Origin: Marsupella aquatica | Lineage: Eukaryota > Plantae > Marchantiophyta | Assembly: GCA_973895155.1 (NCBI GenBank) | Contig: OZ316894.1 | Coordinates: 19,692,805-19,756,804, forward strand | DNA: 64,000 nt | Direction: 5' to 3' | Shown here: positions 56,136 through 64,000 of the stretch, one piece after another | Numbering within the stretch: position 1 is the first letter of the stretch | Layout: each line of letters opens with the position of its first letter | Program-made: the position numbers and the translations under genes | The notes under the pieces: generated by a model | What the model saw: only the letters and a program-made list of their open reading frames with translations | The model's database searches: none | What the model was told of the DNA's origin: nothing

Positions 56136-57780
56136 GATGTTGTGTCTCACAAATTTTGGATTATTTTGGTAGAGCACTGTTCAGCTTAACCATCGTAGCT
56201 TCAATCTATTTAACTTCAATTTCACTAGCCGACTTCAAGTCCTGCCTGAGCTTATACATTACGTACTGCCACGATTGCTTCTCAATCTTCCTTCTTTCGT
56301 CTAATGTAGGCTATCTAGGTTTATTGTGGGCTACCCACATTTGGCTGCACTGCAATTCTTGTATAAAAGTCATTCACTACAAGTAGTGGCACACTCAACT
56401 ACAAGGAATACAGTTGAGTACATGTAGTCACGCAACATTACTTTTCATTATACTTTGGTTACAGCAAACCGTGAAATGGCTCTGATTCCCTGCATAGTGT
56501 CCACTTCTGGGAAAGAGTGACCCTGAATTGTTTCTTGATGACACTGAATGGTATTGTAACAAGAAATCCATTAAACTCGAGTCTATGTTAACATCTCCTG
56601 GATTGATAGTATGTGGTCACAAGGAAAGTGACAAAAAAAGGTGAATACCTTGGAAGTGGCGGGCATTCAAGGTGACTAGACAACTCGCATGCTAGATAGT
56701 GTAGCAACGTTGCAGACAATCAGCTCACTTTGCTTCAACTACTGAGATTGTCCTCCCACAACTTCTCTGGCCCAAGCAGTCTTTTCTATGTGTACTAACA
56801 ATCGATCTAGTAGTGTTCTTTCTATGCCAAAGAGGAATCGATCCAGCAGCCCACACAAAATTGATTTGTCAGACAGAACTTGCAAAGTGAAGCCAATGTA
56901 CGTAGTCAACCTTCAATCAAGAGCAATTCTTCACGAAATCGATCCTTCACCATTTTTTCACAAAATTGATCATTCAAAGAAAACTCCAGCTTCAATGAAG
57001 GGACGCGCATGTTTTCTTTGTATTACATTTGGCTAGGTTGTCGTCTAGCAAGCAGCGCTTTGAAGGGGAAGTGTTGAGCAGCGTAGTTTACATGGTGAAG
57101 TGTTGAGCGGCGCAGCCTCCATTCCCTGCAAACTTCCCTGTATACACTTTACGCATAACAACACAGCAGGGACACGGGTTCGATCGTGCATAGAACAGGT
57201 AGGAGAGGGTAGGATAGAGTTGGTATAGCAGATTGCACTTTTCCTTGAAGTGGCGCAAGAGGTAAGGGCCGCATTGTGAAGGACTCTTGACATGCGAGTT
57301 GGCCCTTAGAAATTTTGCTTTTTAAATTAAAAGAATATATACTTTATCTTAACAAATTGAAATAAAAAGCAAATCATTCTCAAGATTGATAGTGCAAACT
57401 CTTAAATAGGTTGACATATCTTGATATCATAGAAGTGAGGTCAGACTAAGAAAGCGTAAAAACATAGCAAAGAGTATGACTATTATTAATGCAAGAAATC
57501 TTGTTGTAAAAAAAACCATTTGTCCATGAGAATCTATCGAAACAATATGATATCCATCGTGCCTTCTTACTCTCACGGTCCCTTTACAAATTGCACTTTA
57601 GAGGGAACTTATTGTGACTATTAAATTTAAATCCTAAATTTTCCTAGCCATGAGATCTGGGGAAAGAAGAATAAAAGGAAAGTACTAGTTTGGGGCTGAG
57701 ATGCACCTGCACCCACACCTACTGTAGACTCTCCTACTGACACCCATAAAAGACTCTAATCTCAAGGTATAATATATATC

Positions 57781-60700
57781 AAACTGCCAACAAGCAGGAG
57801 GCGCTGAACCGGGAGACAGGATCCCACAGGCCAAAAAACCCAATCAAGGGAAAACAAGAAAAAAGACCAAAAGGCCAAAGAGCAAAAACAAAAAAGACCA
57901 GGCACAAGCCCAGCCCAAGGAGAACAAAGGACACACAAACCTAAAGACTACCCAACGGCAAAGTGAAGGGCCTGATAAAGCTCCGTCGTGAACTACATAG
58001 GGGGGTCAAGCAATGGAATCCGACTAGATGCCCGGACTCCAACCGCCTCGCCTCTACGAAGGATAGTGAAGGCCTGTGCACGCTGAAGTGCAATGGACAC
58101 CATCTGTCTAAAAAAGGATGTGATAACAGAGACGGGTGGATAAGGCCGCCGCTCGACATAATGAACCGCACAGGAGCGCAAGAACTGGTCAAAAGTCGGG
58201 TGCAGCGCTCCAAAGACCTCCACGGCAAATGGGTAGAAAAGGTCCCCTGGGTAACGCGTACCATAAGCCTCCTCCTTGAGGCGAGCAGCCCTCGTGGCAG
58301 CATGACCTGGGATGTGGGCAGCGAACGCCAAATTGGCTCCACTTGTGGGGTCAGCAACAACCACATCCCCAAGGGCACGAACACCAGCGCGAGAGAAAAC
58401 CAAATCGGCTCGACGCCTGTCCGGTACTCCATCCCGGGGTGGTAACACATGTCGTTGCTCCATCATAACATGATACCCGGAATCACGAGCGATGGCGGCT
58501 ACCACATCCCGGATGTCATCGTGTGTCGCCGTTCGCTCACTACCATGACCACATTGTAGGATATGGATTTCCCCCCTATCCAAGGGCGCTCCACAAACGC
58601 ATGTGGGTTGCCCAAGGAGGCATGGGTGGGGAAGACCAAGACGGAGGCGCATGGAAGTGGTGAAGACAAAAGAACTCATACGAAAGGGGGCCCATAATGG
58701 GCTCGTAGATAACCAAGCCCCCGAACCAACGCCCAAACCGGATAAAAGACGCGCTCGAACCAAGTCAGAGGGTGCGTCGGAAAGCATGCTAGAAAGGGTG
58801 AATCGGTGCATGCGATCAGAGATCACCTGTTGAACTCGGTCGGGACTGTCCAAAATAACTCCCTCAAAAACAGGGACCACGCTCTACACATCCTCCGGTA
58901 ATAAGGACCGGGCATGACAAAGCTGGATCTGAAAAGGGAGAGCTCCGTTCTCCACTCCCATGACCGAGTTAGAGAGGATAGGCCGAAGGTCCACAATGAA
59001 ATGTGATGCCAAGGCGGGGGCCACCTGCGCCCAGCTACCAAAAACGCACAAGGAGCAGCAACCACAACCGAGGACACCCCCAAACCACCTCCCGATGGGG
59101 GCAGAGACGCCTGCCTAGCCGCAAAAGAACCATCCTCTCCATCAAGGGCTCCAGGACCGATGAGGTGACCAAAGACCCGTATCACGGTGGTGTCAAAGGA
59201 AGAGAGCAAGGACAAAAACGCTGGGGTGGGGGGGACCGTCTGCAGAAGGTGTCGGCGAACAAAACACAAAACCAGAATCAAGAAGGCAATCTGGACATCC
59301 CCCAAAGCCACCAGCTGGTCAAGGTGCGAAACATCCTGGTCCAAGGCAGACTGTAGAAACTCTTGCTCCAAGGCCGTCCCCCCAAACGGCACCCCAAGGA
59401 CCCGAATGCCATCATGTCTAATGGGGATATCAAGAGGGGGGGAGAATGAGTCCGGGAGAGGAAGATGGGACCAGACCCCGCACTTCCTAGGCTGTACTGA
59501 CAAACCAATAATGGCAAGCTGCTGAACAAAATGGATATAGGCATCTCCAAGAAGCAAAGCAGGAGCAACAATGTGAGTATCGTCAGCAACAGAGGGGAAC
59601 ATGCAACCTAGAAAAGCACCGGAAGATGCCCGGATGGCCCGAAGATGAGCCAAGGCAAACAACGCACCACCAAGGGGATCCCCCTGCCGGGTGCCGGACT
59701 CTGACATAATGGTGGAGTATGTCCCAGACGCCAGATGGTTAGAGTAGACCAAGGGGGCAGGGGGTTTAGGGTTTAGGGTTTAGGGATGAGGGATGCAATC
59801 TCCCCCCAGCATCCCGAAGCTCTTCGAAAATCACACGACGGGAGACAGAGTTGAAGGCATTGGCAACATCCACCTGAATGACCCCCCAATCAGGGTGGAG
59901 GTCCAAAACAGCACGCAAGCCATGTACCACGCTCTCACAACCGCCCGGGGTGGCCACGCCGAACTGGTGGGGGAAGAAGTGTGAAGCAAACGGGGCCCTC
60001 ATCTGTAAACAAATGCAATGGCTAACCAAACGATATAGGACCTCCCCAATGGCCAGGGGTCGAACACCACCCGTTTCCTTGGCCAAAGCCATCAGCCGAC
60101 ACGCCCCCAAGAGCCGAGCGACAACAGGCGGAATGTGGCCACCTGCAACATGAGCACACACCTGGAACAACTCCAGGAAACCCAATGCCAAGTCATCGGG
60201 GGAAAAGCAATCCTTGAGGTGCTCGAACCTCATCCCAGAGATGCCCCCAGCGGAAAGACGGGGCAAATGAAGGAAGACAGAGGAAAAAATCTTGCAAGAA
60301 AGGGAGAACTCAACCTCCGGAGAGAAGCTCCCAATGAAACCTGGAACCGCACAGGAAGCCGGGGGATGAAGGGACCGAAGGGCCGCAACCGTTTTGACTG
60401 AAGGAGGAGAGGGGGAAAGGGGAACCAAGGAACGTGCTGCCCGAGAAAACTCCCCTTCCTGTCCCAACAAAAGGCATCGGCGAAGGCGGCGCTGGACAGG
60501 AGGGACCAGAGGTTCCTCCTCAAACTCAGAGGCCCTAGAGGCCAACGCAAGAAGCCGGTGATAGAACTCCTCCTGAAGCAAAATCCAGTCCCCCAACAAA
60601 AACCGTTGCAACCTGGCAATGGTCTCCCTATGCCCGGCCGGGCCCCCATGAGGAGGGAGTCAACACCCAATGAGGAAGCAAGAGGAGTAGGGACCAGGCA

Positions 60701-61800
60701 CCAACATCAGTGGGGTCACGCGCCAGCCGGTCAAAAGGACGACGAAAGGCCTGCCGAAGCAGGGGCCGCAAGGGCACAGGAATCCGGGTATACAATCGAG
60801 GATGCCGAAAACCGGGGTAAAGAGCCGCAAGTACATCCAGGTAGGCTAGCCAATCCCAGGAAGAAGGGGGGCCAGACGGGGGAGGGGGAAGGGGGGCAGG
60901 GGGAAGCACAGAGGAGGAGGAAGCACGAAGAGCAGGACATGAGCGACGATGGCGAGTTAGACCAGATGGTTGGTACCAACTGTGACAAGCATCACACTGG
61001 ACACGGGAATCAGAAGGAGAAGTGGGGGGGGAAGAGGGGCGGATCCGGCGAGCTGAACGAGGGGTGGAAGATGGAGAAGCCATAGGGACAAGAGTGGTAG
61101 GTGGTGAACTAGGATAGGAGAGGGGTTCCATGGGAAAATGTTGGGAAAAAGCTGGGATAAAGGGTGGGGGCAAAGGAAACGAAAGTAAATGAACGGAACA
61201 ATGAGAAAAGAGTACAAGAACAACACCGGAAAGCTCGAGCAAAACAAAAACATAAACGAAGGAACAAGGGATGGATGTCCAAGGCAAAGAACCTCAACCC
61301 GGTAGTGGCAAGCCGCGCCGAACATAGAAACCTGGTAACCCGAAGGAACGCCTCCAATGACCGAACAAAAAAAACCCGCAGGCATGGAGCCAGAGTGCAA
61401 ACAGGTACCGCCTATGGTGGGGGCCCAGCCCCACCAACCAAACCAGGTCCGGGGCCGCCAAGCACAAATCCGCCAAGGAAAACCGGGCCGCCAAGAAACC
61501 CAACCCAACTGGGGCCGCCAAGAAACCAAAACCCAACCCGGGGGGGGGGGCAACCTTCCCAGGTCCAGGGCCGTCAAATCCGGGCGCAGGGCCACCCTTC
61601 CCGGGCGCAGGGCTGAGCCGGGAGCGTCAGCCCAGGCTGACGACCTCCGCTCCAGGGGGCCGGGGGACCCTCATTATTACCCCCACGCCTCCCGAAATGC
61701 ACCGCTGCTTCGCCGCTCCTCGCCCGGTCATGCCCCACCTCTGCACCTCCACTACTGCTCGCCGCTGCTCGTCGCTGCTCCGCTCCGCACCGCACCGCAC
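57781..61800 (-). mobile_element. CRE-clade non-LTR retrotransposon (ZnF-RT-CCHC-RLE), near full length, frameshifted
   Basis: N-terminal CDAC..LTRHRRSC zinc finger; RT motifs KETGGVRPLAIGE, PHQFGV, DVANAFNSVSR, RQGDPLG, VADDT, LGVPFG, GGLG; CVCG..H...C knuckle; RLE motifs HDDIRD, RADL, DVVV, K..YG, PFAVEVFG. ORF pieces 61131-60628, 60611-59766, 59752-58823, 58880-57993. Termini are approximate. Confidence 0.9.
59765..59785 (+). repeat. Interstitial telomeric tract (TTTAGGG)3 inside the RT coding region
   Basis: gcaggggg tttagggtttagggtttaggg atgaggg. Confidence 0.92.
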
Positions 61801-62317
61801 AGGCACCCTAAAGATGGTTAACTCGGGATCTCAGGGGGGTCACTCTATGTAGGGCTCTACATCACGTGCGACGTTTTAGGGTCTGGACCCCCTAACTTTT
61901 AAGTGAATTTTTTTTCCCCATTCCCTTACTTTCTGAAAAGCTACCATTTTTTGAATTGTTTACCCCTATAAAACTTTATGGAAAGTTTTATGAAGATTTA
62001 AAAAATGCCTATTAAGAAAAGTAAAGTACCTCAATAGTGTAGAGCCAATTGTGCAAATTGATGCGCATTTCCAATACATTCAATGAATTTACATCATGAA
62101 GTTGAATATCTTGTAATTGCATTCATCATCATCCAACTTGTAGTTTTCACTCTTGAATAGTGAAGCATGGTGGGTGCCAGATACTATGAATAGGTAACCG
62201 AACACCATAGGTTGCCTATTCAAGGCATCGGTACTCTACCTTGTTTCACAAACTCCTGCATGATGATGTCCACATAGAGACCTTCCTTCACAGACTCATG
62301 CATGATGATGTCCACAT

Positions 62318-62380
62318 GACGGAGGGGAATTGAACCCCTGATTGAGCATAAATCTCAATTTGCCAATCCGCCATCCCCTA
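62318..62380 (-). ncRNA. tRNA-like element / Pol III A+B box (SINE head or tRNA pseudogene)
   Basis: TGGCGGATTGG (A box), ATTGAG-7nt-CTCAAT stem-loop, AGGGG-TTCAATT-CCCCT T-arm (B box); no canonical acceptor stem. Confidence 0.45.
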
Positions 62381-62463
62381 CTCTACTCCCTCCCACTAAC
62401 CCTACACATGCATCACATACACACACAACAAACTACTTTTAATAAACAATAGTCAATTATATA

Positions 62464-64000
62464 TCACAATTTACTCACACTTTGAATGTATGTAGTCAAA
62501 GCTTGCAAGTCACTTGCATCTAGTACATACACTCTATCAACTATCCCAGACTTCATTGTCAAGTTCACATTTGAAATTACCATCTCAATATCAATCCATT
62601 GTCCATCTGTTGCATCATAAGTGAACAAAGTTTTGTTGTTACCAGTAGATTTGTACCAATTACACTGCAAGTGGCACACACTTCCACTCTGTCCAACTGC
62701 AGGTACAGGTCTGTCCAACAGATCTATTGCTTTCCGACGTCTGACCCAATGGGAGCCATTCTTCTGTATCATAAACTCAATCCTACCCAACCAATATTCC
62801 TTCTTTGCAGATGTTGCGTCAACAACAGGCCCTTTATCTATTCCCTTCCTCTTCTTTGACTTGGATGATCTGGTAGAAGGACCAACCTCTGCAGCAGACT
62901 CAAACAAAACTGCTATATCAGTACCAATGTCAACCAAACAAGTCACAGAGTCACCATTTTCCTTCTCCTTACCAGTAGTGTAATAGGTCTTCTGGGCTAT
63001 CCTAGTTAGCCTATCCTTTGACATGAAAGGATTGCAGCACAATTGACTCACAAGAGTGGACTTGTAGATAGTCCTTCCCTCATAAGTTACAGTAGACACT
63101 ACTGACCGGGGTGTCTGCACATCAGTTAAGTCTGCTTGAACTCCAGCCAAGACATGCCTTACTTCATGTCCTAGTGTCTCCATCTCACAAAATGGGTTAG
63201 TGTCCACCTCAATCGAACAATCTTCAACTGTTAGTGGCTCAATACAATCCTGACTGTCCAGAGTGTCCCATGAATCAATCCGATTGAGATCTTCTTCAGG
63301 ATCTTCAAACTCTAGAAACTCTCCAATTGGGGGCTCAGGTCTAGGGCCTACAGTAGATCGATGCTCAATTGTGTCTTCAGCATCATCACATAACACAACC
63401 TCTTTCATGACACTTGTATCCGGCCAAGTCTCTGCCTCCACCTCCCAAGGTTGAACCCACCATCGTCTTTTTGCTGCTAGCAAAGAACTCCTTGGTGACA
63501 TGTTCAGCTTGCACAACAAATCCTTTGCTTCCTGCAAACCTTCCTTTAGAGCATCAACAACCAGCTCATTAGTCTGAACTGCAGAGTAATCAAATAAATT
63601 TGGAGCTTGTTCTCCTTCATCTAGAGGATGTAAAGTTGCCCAAACATGATCCTGTTTATCATGTGATCGACGTATCTTCAATCCCTCTGGTCCATACTCT
63701 AATCCAGCTAGTCGATTCAGTCCCACTGCACTGTCCAGTAGAGATCCAAAGTCATAATTTCTCTCATGGCCACTCATGCCACCTACCTTGCTGAAAAATA
63801 TCTCACAATAATCTGATCCCAGCAAGTGAAATGGAACTTGCAGATATGGGAACTTGTCCCGAAAGGCACAGATTAACAATACTACAAAATGACAAGACAT
63901 GTTGATATCATGGAAAGCCTGCACAGAAATCATGTTCTTCTCTGTGATAGATCCAGCATTCCCTGTCACAGAATGATCACCATACCTCAACCATAGCCTC
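62464..64000 (-). CDS. Putative DNA transposase, C-terminal part (P-element/THAP9-like RNase H C-terminal motif); 5' part lies outside the window
   Basis: Intronless ORF of >500 aa, open to the window edge. LGSDYCEIFFSKVGG resembles the P-family (S/Q)DxxExxFxxxR catalytic-Glu motif; it is followed by an acidic linker and a W-rich C-terminal domain. Confidence 0.55.
   Translation of the reverse strand, partial: RLWLRYGDHSVTGNAGSITEKNMISVQAFHDINMSCHFVVLLICAFRDKFPYLQVPFHLLGSDYCEIFFSKVGGMSGHERNYDFGSLLDSAVGLNRLAGLEYGPEGLKIRRSHDKQDHVWATLHPLDEGEQAPNLFDYSAVQTNELVVDALKEGLQEAKDLLCKLNMSPRSSLLAAKRRWWVQPWEVEAETWPDTSVMKEVVLCDDAEDTIEHRSTVGPRPEPPIGEFLEFEDPEEDLNRIDSWDTLDSQDCIEPLTVEDCSIEVDTNPFCEMETLGHEVRHVLAGVQADLTDVQTPRSVVSTVTYEGRTIYKSTLVSQLCCNPFMSKDRLTRIAQKTYYTTGKEKENGDSVTCLVDIGTDIAVLFESAAEVGPSTRSSKSKKRKGIDKGPVVDATSAKKEYWLGRIEFMIQKNGSHWVRRRKAIDLLDRPVPAVGQSGSVCHLQCNWYKSTGNNKTLFTYDATDGQWIDIEMVISNVNLTMKSGIVDRVYVLDASDLQALTTYIQSVSKL

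Noticed and set aside
60957-61821. Separate ORF1 or ribozyme in the retrotransposon leader
   Set aside because: The overlapping ORFs are explained by GC richness, and no hammerhead, twister or HDV core could be confirmed by eye.

Overview
Eukaryotic land-plant nuclear DNA, probably a bryophyte (inferred from intron-rich genes, TTTAGGG repeats and gene style). Intron-containing genes: FAM214/Atos-like (DUF4210), RPS23, LUMINIDEPENDENS-like, TIM8, two paralogous small LEA genes with ABRE-rich promoters, PDX2, a 43-aa membrane micropeptide candidate and HMG-CoA synthase. The intergenic DNA holds Helitron-like and TIR elements, and many degenerate tandem duplications of functional sites (a promoter, a splice donor, a stop-codon region). 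The last 6.3 kb holds a near full-length CRE-clade (RT + RLE) non-LTR retrotransposon whose RT is interrupted by a (TTTAGGG)3 tract, a tRNA-like Pol III element, and an uninterrupted ORF resembling a P-element/THAP9 transposase that runs off the window end. Exon boundaries were read by eye and no database searches were run.
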